From positions 1 through 35,150 of the forward strand of contig NW_014040265.1 in NCBI RefSeq assembly GCF_001186125.1: DNA of 35,150 nucleotides. Direction: 5' to 3'. The position numbers and the translations under genes were made by a program. Source of the stretch: Sphaeroforma arctica JP610. Taxonomy: Eukaryota. The notes under the pieces were generated by a model. That model did not search any database. It saw nothing but the letters and a program-made list of their open reading frames with translations, and was not told where the DNA came from. The number at the start of each line of letters is the position of its first letter. The first letter of the stretch is position 1. This document shows, in pieces, positions 10,589 to 21,600 of this stretch.

Positions 10589-13347
10589 TTGTATGTGTGT
10601 GTGTGTGTTTGTGTGTCTCTCTGTGTGTGTGATCCAATCAGGTTCCAAACATTGCTACACAAGGCGTACAATGTTTCAAGCATTCCGATGGATAAGAACA
10701 GATGTCTGCTGATAACAAGACGGCAGGGCCGCAGAGAGCATAGAACCTTCCGGCGGATACTGAATGAAGTAAGTGGGTTGGTTGGTTGTATTTTTTCTTG
10801 TTATATAATGGACCATCAACATGTGGTTTCATGGCAATCAGCCTCTACTGAGTACCTAATCATTTCATGATTCCGTGACTTCGCACGACTGTCCGCTATA
10901 CGAGCCACCTTGCTGTCCGAGTGTGCATCACCAACCCATGAATACACCAGTACACTACGGTGAGACCAACTATAATACTCGCCACTTGACTATCGATATT
11001 ATACTATTGATCTTAAACTGTTGGTTCTATACTATTGATCTTAGACTATTGATCTTAGCCTATTAATCTTAGACTATTGATCTTAGACTATTGATCTTAG
11101 ACTATTGATCTTACTCTATTGATCTTACTCTATTGATCTTATACTATTGATCTTAGACTATTGATCTTAGACCATTGAACTTAAACTGTTGGTTTTAGAC
11201 TATTGATCTTATACAATTGAACTTAGACTATTGATCTTAGACCATTGATCTTAGACTATCGATCTTAAACTGTTAATTTTAGACTATTGATCTTAGATTA
11301 TTGATCTTAGACTATTGATCTTAAACTATTGATTTTTAGACTATTGATCGTAAACTGTTGATTTTGACTATTGATCTTAGAACATTAATCTTATACTATT
11401 GATCTTGTCTGTCACGTATCACAGGCTGCAGTGGTCTCGCTGCTGGAGAGCTTCGGGCTGACCGTTGATATGGTAGACTTTGCTGCCATCAGTGACTATG
11501 AACAAGTGGGTATGCGAGCAGTAGCTGGTTTCTTTCGCTTGGATGGTATTTTGTTCGTGATATACACCAGTCTGGTGTTCCCAGTGCATAGGGGTTTTCC
11601 TCAACCCTAAAACCTTAAACCCTAATATCCCAGTGCATAACCACATATTGAATGCAAACCAAGATACGCTGATTGTCTCCGATCGTAGCACGTCGGTGCT
11701 CTTCTCTTGCTGCGCAAAATGCAACGTTGGCGAGTAAACCCTAAACATGAAACCCAAGAGTTCTTGTTTACAGCCATATTCAATGTCTCTCGGTGTCACC
11801 TATTCGCAAGTATTGCATGTTCTGGACATACAGCCCGGACATGTCTCACCCCTGGTTTTGCCTGTCTACGCTTCTCAGAATTTTAGAAGACTCATTAATG
11901 TCGGCTTCTTTTCAAGTTTCACACGGAAGAAACGCCGTCGCGATAAATACAAAGATTTCGCCTACACCTGTCTAATAACTCCACCCCTATCACATCCATT
12001 CGCGAAACCAGATTTTTTTCACCTGGGCTTTAGAACTCTAGAAAGATACCTAAAGTCTACAACCCTACAACCCCACAACCCTGGATCTCCAAACTACCAC
12101 CACAGATCATCCGTACGCGTCGTTCAGGGGTGTTCATAGGCATGCACGGCGCAGGGATGGCCAATACCATGTGGCTCAACCCCGAGGCCGTCGTCATTGA
12201 GCTACAGACGTACGGGTTCCAAAAGTGGGGTTATCGCAATCTCATGCGTGTATTGCAAGTGCGGTACTTCCACTGGATCAACACACGTCCGGAGAACACG
12301 GTGCATACCTACCGGTCCCTCGAGAGTGAGGGTGACTCCGACTACTATAGGTATACTGTTCCTTCGGGGTGCTACGTTAGGGTATAGGTGGACTGAAGCG
12401 GAAGGCTGGTAGCTAGGTTGCGTTGCATTTTGATGGGGATCGTTTTGTATAGCATTAATACTTGTGCCAACTCAGAATCGTTCTGTTACAAATAGTTTAG
12501 ATGAGCACGAGCTGCGCTATGGTGATGCTAGACATATCGGCACCAGGGAATGCTAAATAAGTAGAACTTTAGGATCGGGTGGTTGCCTAGGTCTCAGCAG
12601 TGTATTTATCACTTAGGTATGTGTGGTTTTGGGTTGTAGAAACTCTTAAAACTCTAAACCCTAAAGACCCTAAATCTAAAACCCATTAGATCCGACGTAC
12701 AACCCACAATTGCCCCACCCATCGACGCAAATACATATAGCCTCGCACGCGCTACCGACTCATAACTTGTCCACATCTGCATGGGGGGGCATCGCGTATA
12801 CATTGCCACATATTGGTACAGTCCTCATGGTCATATCCACACATACAGAGATGTCACAGTTTGACATTATACTCAAGTTGGCACATATTTACACACTGGT
12901 CGTGTTCGCATTCACACAGGGGGAAAGATCAGATAACTGACATTCTATGCATATAAACTGAAACAGATTAACACACTTCCCATGTTCGCACTCACGCATA
13001 GAAAGAGGGAGATAAATCAACTGACATCCTACACGCACAAATTGGCACATATTAACACATCTTCACGCTCACACCCACACAGAGGAAGGGATCAGATAGT
13101 AGATATCGCTGAGCTGGAACAAGTGGTACGTGCTGCTCTACAGTCGCGAGAGACCCCTTATCAAATCGACGCAACAAGCTACAATGCAACCAGTGAGCGC
13201 TATGCTACGGACCGTCAGTCCCACTCCCGGTGGCTTTTCTGGTGTTTAGTTGTGGTGTGGTGTGTGTGGTACGTGTTCCGGAGAACTAGGCCTAAAGGCG
13301 CGTGTGCGAACTCGATGTTTGGACCGGATGAGAAGTTGAAGGGCTGA
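5658..13347 (+). CDS. Glycosyltransferase family 61 (EOGT/DUF563-like), 5'-partial; join(5658..5749,6023..6119,6490..6599,7190..7316,7649..7737,8218..8294,9366..9555,9991..10164,10642..10768,11425..11505,12106..12350,13083..13347), at least 557 aa
   Basis: Twelve exons join through GT-AG introns with consistent phases and no stops. GT61-type motifs occur in order: CSFNNIC, VVCFKNLF, LLITR...RRILNE, LESFGLTVDMVDF..DYEQII, VFIGMHGAGMANTMWLNPEAVVIEL, YRNLMRVLQVRYFHW, DQIVDIAEL. The first exon is probably in or near the 4818-5270 gap. The first three exons are less certain than the catalytic-domain exons. Confidence 0.85.
10990..11406. repeat. 14-bp minisatellite (ACTATTGATCTTAG)n, about 29 copies, in a GT61 intron
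   Basis: Direct tandem periodicity, ending 18 nt before the exon starting at 11425. Confidence 0.95.
12830..13110. repeat. Degenerate ~81-bp tandem repeat covering the last GT61 splice acceptor
   Basis: CACACAG-GGGGAAAGATCAGATAACTGACAT (12913) resembles the real CACACAG-AGGAAGGGATCAGATAGTAGATAT (13076). The unit TTGGCACATATT(T/A)ACACA also recurs. Confidence 0.75.
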
Positions 13348-13716
13348 GGTAGACAATATAGGCGGTGGAGGTGTGGGTACACCTGACTATCCTACACTGC
13401 AACGCCGCACCAAACACACAGCCGTTCATCCTGCCCAGATGTTCGGTACACTTCAGTCGCTTAGGCATCGGCATACAACACACAGCTGCATGTGCACGAA
13501 CATTGTCCCGTAGTACGCTTGGAATACCTACAGGCCTCCGGACCTCTTTCTTCTCTAACTTGTTATCGGGAACAGTAGTGGAAGAGGAGAATCGGATCGA
13601 ACGTTGACCTCTCAATTCTCTGGAACATATACCAGGGTAGCCATGCAGGTTAGTTTGCTCAAAAAGGGCCGATAACATACTATACTAGTCCCCAAACATA
13701 GCCCTAAACCACAGCG

Positions 13717-13900
13717 AAGTAGAATACATAAGCCGGTGTTAGAATATAACATATAGTCCAAATAGAGTATATACGTCGATATTAGAGTAGAATATATAGG
13801 CCAAATAGAATACATACACCTGTATTGGAGTAGAATATATAGGTCAAATAGAATACATACACCTGTATTGGAGTAGAATATGTAGGTCAAATAGAATATA
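13717..13900. repeat. 43-bp tandem repeat, 3-4 copies
   Basis: GTAGAATATATAGGTCAAATAGAATACATACACCTGTATTGGA at 13787, 13830 and 13873, with a degenerate copy upstream. Confidence 0.9.
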
Positions 13901-15224
13901 TTGGTCGGACCCCAGAGCAACCTTTGGAAAGCTCTCTGCAATAGAAAGTCCTGTGGTCCTGTACCTATACCCCGGTTACTACTATTTATGGCATGTAGCT
14001 ATAAGGGTTTGTCGCTGCGTAGCCGAGCCAAAACTGAGACATTGCTCAATTAGTTGAGTGTTGGCGTGCAAAGTATGTCGTGTAGCTAGCTATATGGGCC
14101 GCCCCTGTGTAGTCAGCTACAATTTAGGTAGCTCAACTATAAACGTTGACGTTTATTGCAAACTGGTCTACGCTATGGGCGGTACAATTTAGTAGAGGCC
14201 TGTGGCTCACGTGCGCGGCAACTACGGCTAGCACTCCAGTGCCTAACAACGGCCGCGTATGCCCTCTCCGTCGCCAATTAAGTCCTCACGGCCTCGATTG
14301 ATGCACCTCTTGAGGATGGAGAAGGACAAGTACAAGGATGAGGCTTGCCGCAGGCCAGGTCACTGGGTTCTAGGACTCGTAGAGAGTTCTCAACAAGAGT
14401 GGGTGGCTATGCTTGGACTACTCGCCGCAGTCCTTACCCAATTCATCCAGGACAAGGGTGCGCAGGTAAGAGATCGGTGAAGTGGTCCTGATAGGAAAGG
14501 TGCGGGTCGTTCTAGAGACATTTAGGGCAGACGACGTTGTCCATAGAGCGGATTGCAGGAAGGGCCGATGGGTGCAGGCATGTCAATCAATACTATGTGA
14601 CGTGTGAAATGATTAGTTATCTTTCACGGTATACGGCAACAAAATGGGAAGCAGTATCTTAAAACCTTAAAAGCCTAAAAGCGATGTAATTATCTACCTG
14701 GCCGCCGTCTTGTTCATTCGTATGCGTAGTCTAAATGACCAATCACCTTGTCAGCCATTCAGGAGCTTGTGCAGGTGTTTAATTGGAATAGTATAATTAA
14801 AATAGACTGCATTATTGGAACCCTATGGTTTATAGCAGATTAATCTATTGGAAGAGTATTCATAGCAGATAAATTAATTTATAAACTATTATCTAAAGCA
14901 GAATCTAAAGGCCAGTGTGATACTCCTATGAGAGTGTATCGATTATCTCTCCTGGCGGACTTTCCCGACAAACCGATTTCCCGACAACAACTATAACACT
15001 GTACTCACTATTCAATGACCTCACGGAAACTACACCAAACGAGAGTCGAATGTAATGTGTAGCAATCTGTCGCACTAGAGCTAGTACCTACTAGAGTGCG
15101 TCTCTGTACAGTTCTCCGAACGTACTGATGTGATACCGTGCGCCGTGATTGATTTCTGCGCCAATACGCTGTGTGATCTCCCAGTCCTATCGCCGCAACT
15201 GCTACACCTCTGAGCTATACTCCC

Positions 15225-15680
15225 TCCAGGTGCATCTACTCCCTTGCACGCAATAGTCACGTACCTGCCCATTCATGTGGGTGTACTGCCTGCTGCCAGA
15301 TATAAGACGCCAGCTAGCTATTTCAAGGTACAAGTTCCTGTTTTTAACAACGGCTGCACTCCCTAACCGTTTCACCTACAGCTTGAGGCAGACTCTCTCC
15401 GCGTGCATCTACTCACTTACGCGTAATATTCACTTACCCATCCACTCACGTGGGCGTACTACCTGCTGGCAGAGACACGCCGGTTAGCTCTTTTGCGGTA
15501 CATCTCCCTGGAGACACTCTCTGCCCGTTTCAATCAGACCTCGAGACAACCTCTTTCCTAGTACATCTACTCACTTGCGTGCAATATACACATGCCTGCC
15601 CACCCACGTGGGGCATACTACCTACTACCTGCTGGCAGACATAAGACACCGGTTCGCTATCTTGAGGTACATCTTCTTCA
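15225..15680. repeat. Degenerate ~160-170-bp tandem triplication overlapping the RIT1 stop codon
   Basis: T(G/A)CATCTACTC..TTGC.. GTGGG..TACTACCTGCTGGCAGA units begin at 15231, 15404 and 15562. Confidence 0.8.
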
Positions 15681-18600
15681 GCCGCGCCACCTCCGGATGG
15701 AACCGCTCTATATATATCAGAGCCTGGTTGACATCCACCTTGGTCACAGGCTGTTGCCTACCCTCCCCCTCCCCATCCTCATCCCCATCGCACGTGTGTC
15801 TGATAGCCGTATATCCTTCGTGGTAGTACGCACACAGCACACACAGCACCAGCATCACCGATGGCCCGGAACCACTGGGGCAGCTGATCAACACCTTGCC
15901 ACCTCTCCGCAGCGCGTCACGCACAAACCACATGGCACTCCCCCGCAAGAACTGCTCAAGGGTCTGAACGTCCGCTTTCGCTTCGACCAGCCGCACCCGC
16001 ACTGTGTTGGGATGTGGTGGACTGGTGCCTGTTAGTGCAGCCCTGCCAGCAGCCGTATCCACCGTCGCCCCCCTACCGACTGGCGTTGGATCGTCTGAGA
16101 TAGTTAGTTTATCTATGGCCTCGCCAGCCTCACCTGCGGCCCAGACTTCGGTGGCACTCTGGCCCACATAGAACTCCACCACCGCATCATACGAATATAT
16201 ACTCTCCGCAGTACAGCCACACCCAGGGAGTCCCTTTCTGCCGTGCCCAGGTGCACTGGACAGCCCCTGCCCCGTCTCCACCTGGCCTCCCATACCGGCA
16301 TCCACTGTATTCCTTTCACGCACCCCATTCCAACAGCACTCTACGGACGCCGGCTCAGTACCCGAAACAGAGTGCACCTGCACCGACCCGCTCAGGGTCG
16401 AGGCGTCGCACACGTACATGCCCGTCCTCCCAATAGCTATAGGCTGGCGTGTTGTGGCTGAGGTGAGTCTTTGCCCCGGTTTCTCAGCGGCTGTGGTCGT
16501 AGTCTGATTGGAAACTGGCGTTGCTGCAGGCGGGTGGTGCATACGAGCGAGCAATGCGCTGAGCTCGCCTTCGTGTCGACAGGCCATGATTGCCTATGGA
16601 TGTGTGGTGTGGGCGTGTCAGTATTCTGTTTATGAGGTGTTCTGTTTATAAGGTGTTCTGTTTAGAAGGTGTTCTGTTTACAAGGTGTTCTGTTTATGAG
16701 GTGTTCTGTTTATAAGGTGTTCTGTTTATGAGGTGTCCTGTTTATAAGGTGTTCTGTTTATGAGGCGTTCTGTTTAACAGGTGTGCTGTTTATGAGGTGT
16801 TCTGTTTTTAAGGTGTTCTGTTTATGAGGTGTTCTGTTTATACGGTGTTCTGTTTATGAGGTGTTCTGTTTATAAGGTATTCTATTCATGAGGTGTCCTG
16901 TTTATAAGGTGTTCTGTTCATGAGGTGTTCTGTTCATGAAGTGTTCTGTTTATAGGGTGTTCTGTTTATAAGGTGTTCTATTTATAAGGTGTTCTGTTTA
17001 TGAGGTATTCTGTTTATAAGGTGTTCTGTTTATGAGGTGTTATGTTTATGAGATGTTCTGTTTATGAGGTATTCTGTTTATAAGGTGTTCTGTTTATGAG
17101 GTGTTCTGTTTATAAGGTGTCCTGTTTATGAGGTGTCCTGTTTATGAGGTGTTCTGTTGGGTGTGTTTATGAGCGCGGGGGCGCCCGATTGCATGCAGGA
17201 GGTGCTAAACGGAACTGGATGTTAGCCAGGTGTATCCGTATACGTATAGGGGTTATACGGTTTTAGGGTTTAGGGTTTAATCTTCCCTAGTATTCTGGGG
17301 CAATAGACATATACCAAATACACATGATCTGTAAACAAATGCATCGTATGCCAGTGTGCACCGAGTCGCTCGAAATCATTCACCATAATAACAAGAAGCA
17401 CTCGTATACGCGCCTCTGATTGGGCCCTGTACCGGAATCAAGTGATCGCAGATAGCGAACATCAAATAATACCCTTGCTGTAAACCTGTAACCTGTAAAC
17501 CTGTAAACCTGTAAACCCGTGAACTCCACTCGCGACAACTCGAAAGGCGCCGCAGCAGCGGTACGAATGTGATCTTACTATTACTTCAACGCGGTATGGT
17601 GTCTTGTGTGGGACGACACCGATGTATCGTGGCTGAGGTACACAACGGGCTGTCGCGCGCAACGTATCAAGCTCTGTACGGCTGTTCACGGTGCAAGGTG
17701 TACTGGAAGCCCAACAGAAGGCCTGCTGTGTGCACCAGACAATTAGACACACTACTACACACTGGTCATACTTCATAGTGTTTCCAAAATAGATCTGCGG
17801 TCAAACCCCCGGCCCAGTCCTCCTCATCATCGGCCGCCCCCTGGATATAGGTGAACCCGTNNNNNNNNNNNNNNNNNNNNCGCCGAGACACTATATGAAA
17901 GGATATGGGAAGGGGACATAGCTAGTGCAGAAAATAAACAATCGAAGGACGTGCATATCAGTTATAGGTGAACCCAGCCCGCCTATGCCTACGGAGACCG
18001 ATGCCGAGACACTGTGTGAAAGGGTATGGGAAGGGGACTCAGCTAGTGCAGGGTATAAACAATCGAAGGACGTGGATATAAATTATAGGTGAGCTCAGCC
18101 CGTCTATGCCTATGGAGACCGACGCCGAGACACTATGGGAAAGGGTATGGGAAAGGGACTGAGCTAGTGCAGGGTATCAACAATCGAAGGACGTGGATAT
18201 AAGTTATAGGTGAACCCAGCCCGTCTATGCCTATGGAGACCGACGCCGAGGCACTCCATGTAATAGTATGGGAGAGAACTTAGTTAATGTGAGGTATAAA
18301 CCATCGAAGGATGTAAATACATGTGAGTGATTTCGTGAACTCTCCGCTACGTAGCAAAACGTCTACGCCTGCAGAGGCCGATGCGTAAACCCTGCAGGAG
18401 ACCGTTCCCGGAAGCGGACGTATACATACAGTGATGTATGGAATATTATAGAAAGTAGTGATAGGTGTTAGAGAAGAATAACCGGCGGAGGGGTCATAGA
18501 CTTAGCGCAGCTGTATGTGTGAGGATCGGCTTTTGACATGCGTGCTGTAAGGATGGTGTGGCGTTATATACCGGTGGCATATGGGGGTATCTACCCGAGC

Positions 18601-21600
18601 TCGTTGTATTGTGTGGTGTAACGCAGCATATAACCAAAGCAATACCGAGTAAGCTGTACAGGTAGGGCAATTTATCTTCCAGTATTACATATTCTTACCA
18701 TCTACCTTTTAGTCTCCTTACCTCTTCCACCCTTTTCCGCCTACAGCATGAGATTTTACCCTTACATACAGTTCAGTACTTTTCCATCCTATTCATATTC
18801 CCGTCTCACTTATTTATGTATCTATGTGATTCTCCTTGTACACAATACGCAGTGTGTATACGGGTGGGTTGTTTGTGACATACAAAAACCAAGCGGTGTT
18901 ACGAGATGTTGGAGCGTGCTATATAACACTTTGTAGTGTCGTGAGATACCGCAGAAACTGCAATGTGCAGATGGACCCGGAATGCACGATGAAGTGCTTG
19001 AGTGTGTTATGTGGAATGCACGATGAAGTGCTTGAGTGTGTTATGTGGAATGCACGATGAAGTGCTGAGTGTGTTATGTGGAATGCACGATGAAGTGCTT
19101 GAGTGTGTTATGTGGAATGCACGATGAAGTGCTTGAGTGTGTTATGTAGAATGCACGATGAAGTGCTTGAGTGTGTTATGTGGAATGAACGATGAAGTGC
19201 TTGAGTGTGTTATGTGGAATGCACGATGAAGTGCTCGAGTGTGTTATGTGGAATGCACGATGAAGTGCTTGAGTGTGTTATGTGGAATGAACGATGAAGT
19301 GCTTGAGTGTGTTATGTGATAAGATGAGATACAACAATGTAGTACCAGAACTGAGGAGCAAAAAATTAAGCAGCCGTCGGAGGTGCAACAGTATGATACC
19401 AGATGATAACACACACTCCGCGGCACTACGAGAAACAAAGGCTACTTACTATGAGGTACGTATGCGCCAGAAACTTCCCTCAATGCAAGCAGGCTGAATA
19501 TGAGCAGAAAACTGGAATACAAGTCATCAGATTGTACACACTCGATATAAAACAATGGGATGTTCACAAATAAGACGAAAAACTTACAGCAATAGTGGCC
19601 AGAAGCCCAGCTCATCCGCTTCTGGATAATTGTCCGGTAGGGCGGATTGTGGCGATACCCACAATGGCCGTAGTCGCTTACTACCCATTTGCGCACTCAT
19701 GTCGTCAAGCGTACCTACGCATGCAACCGCAAGGGAGACATACAGGACTCTGAGAGACGGTTTTTCGTATAAGATGAACGATACGGTTTATGCAAGTCAC
19801 GACGTACATACTCGCCAACTTCCTGCTGTTTGTATAACTACTAGCTATCCTGCAACGCTGCAGGGCTCGAGTATCCAGACGCAATGGGGCAAAACCTGCG
19901 CGTGTCTGTGTTCTCTCTCGGCAATGACTAATCGCTATCTTAACTTTCTCGTGCAATGCCCAATGGTGGGCAGGCGAGCGTTCACAGGGACTTCGGATTC
20001 GGCAGTCAGGCCTAGATAGCTTCTCAGCCCCAGCGCATCATGAACCGTTGCAGCAACACAGATGCAACTACCTGAGAGACGTACTTTCTGTTAGGGTTCG
20101 CTCAAGCTTCACGAGCCATTGCTCCATCATGCTCTCCAGTTGAGCCTTTTCCATGGCCGATACCATGGTTGGTAGCACATACAGGTTGAATGGCAGCTGG
20201 GTTTCGGGGTCAACCTTTGCCTCGGGGAATTGTTTGTGCATGTCCTGTCTCTGCCGATGTTGGTAGCGGTCGACAACGGCGTTCACACAGGCCGCCCAGA
20301 TGGGCACTGTCCGTGACATGCTGCAAGAGGTGAACCGAGAGGAAAGAATTTAACGTCCGACGGTGTAGGTGTAGGTAAGGTACCAGCCATCGAGCTAAGT
20401 TAGTAGCTTCTACATATACTGGCATAGAGGGGGGCCACAAACGACTGACAAGCTGCGTATGAGGACAAGGATACTGGTTCATAGGAGTGTAGACAAGAAC
20501 AATCTTTGTATATCCTCTTGTACGCGTATGGATAGTACTTGGGCACGTTGAGCACATGGCGCAGGCTAGTGAGAATTACTCAGCGGTGAAGGATTAAAAC
20601 TGTCCAACAACTGATGAAGGTGTGCTACATGGGAGACGTTCCTGTAGAGATAACGGATAGAGCTACCGCCTGATACGAAGGTCTGCACTACACACGCGGG
20701 TGTGTATAGATGGCGTTGTGTAGTATGCAGCTGACAACGCCAGCGTGAGCATAGTATGGCGGAGGGAAGATTTGCACTCGGGTGCGTAACCAAGCACGGA
20801 CATAACGCCCGAGAACAAACCAAACGCAAACGCGGCATGCACACATACCGGCGCACTTGAGGCCGTGAACGCCAAAGTAAAGAGCCACACACCAATCCGA
20901 CCAGATACACCGGCACACATCCCTACCTATCGGGAAACCGTTTCCTCCGCGAACTATCGACGAGCATGAAGCCACCGCTTGTTTGCAGATGTTTCAGCAA
21001 GTGGAGATTCAACCGCCGCATATTCAAGTCACACATGTGGGAGTGCCCATCCGTTGACTTGAAGTAGGCGTGGTCGTCGAAAGAGTTACTGTACCAGAGA
21101 CCACACCTGTTGTAGTACGGGAATGATGAGATACTGGCTGGTAGCATACATGCGTCCTGTGTTGGAGCTTGTGTGAATACCTACATATGTCTGCACACAC
21201 GTTTATTCGCACCTGTAGCTGGTCATATATTGATAATCGTGGACATACCTATGTGGATGTGTATTGAACAATGTGTATATGTGCAAATATAGTTTCATGG
21301 ACATACGCATATTCGTCATTCCATCTATATTAAAAATACTTATCTATACAAAATTAGGCCGCACGTTTCAATATAAAATCAAAATATACATAGACCTTTA
21401 AATAAAGAGATAGAGGCTACTTTGCGCTTGTATATATTTACGAATTTGGGGTATAAATTCCAAGAACATGTATACTTCGTAGCCAATATAAAATTATATA
21501 GGAATATATTTAGAACGATATCTAAATACGATGACGTATACATAATATACATATAATTGAGTGTGTGTGTATGTGTGTGTCTATGTGTGTGCGTGTGTGT

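Noticed and set aside
13327..13347. C-terminal EKLKG as an ER dilysine signal
   Set aside because: The lysines are at -2 and -4, not the canonical -3/-4 or -3/-5.
14259..14480. 73-aa ORF between GT61 and RIT1
   Set aside because: No recognisable motif or linked exons. Possibly a TE fragment, but unsupported.
18979..19318. 34-bp repeats as a CRISPR array
   Set aside because: The units are contiguous with no unique spacers, lie in a eukaryotic intron, and have no cas genes nearby.
20068..20084. RIT1 exon 3 extending to the donor at 20071 or the stop at 20068
   Set aside because: Only the GTACGT donor after 20085 (phase 1) joins in frame to the KRLRPLWVS exon.
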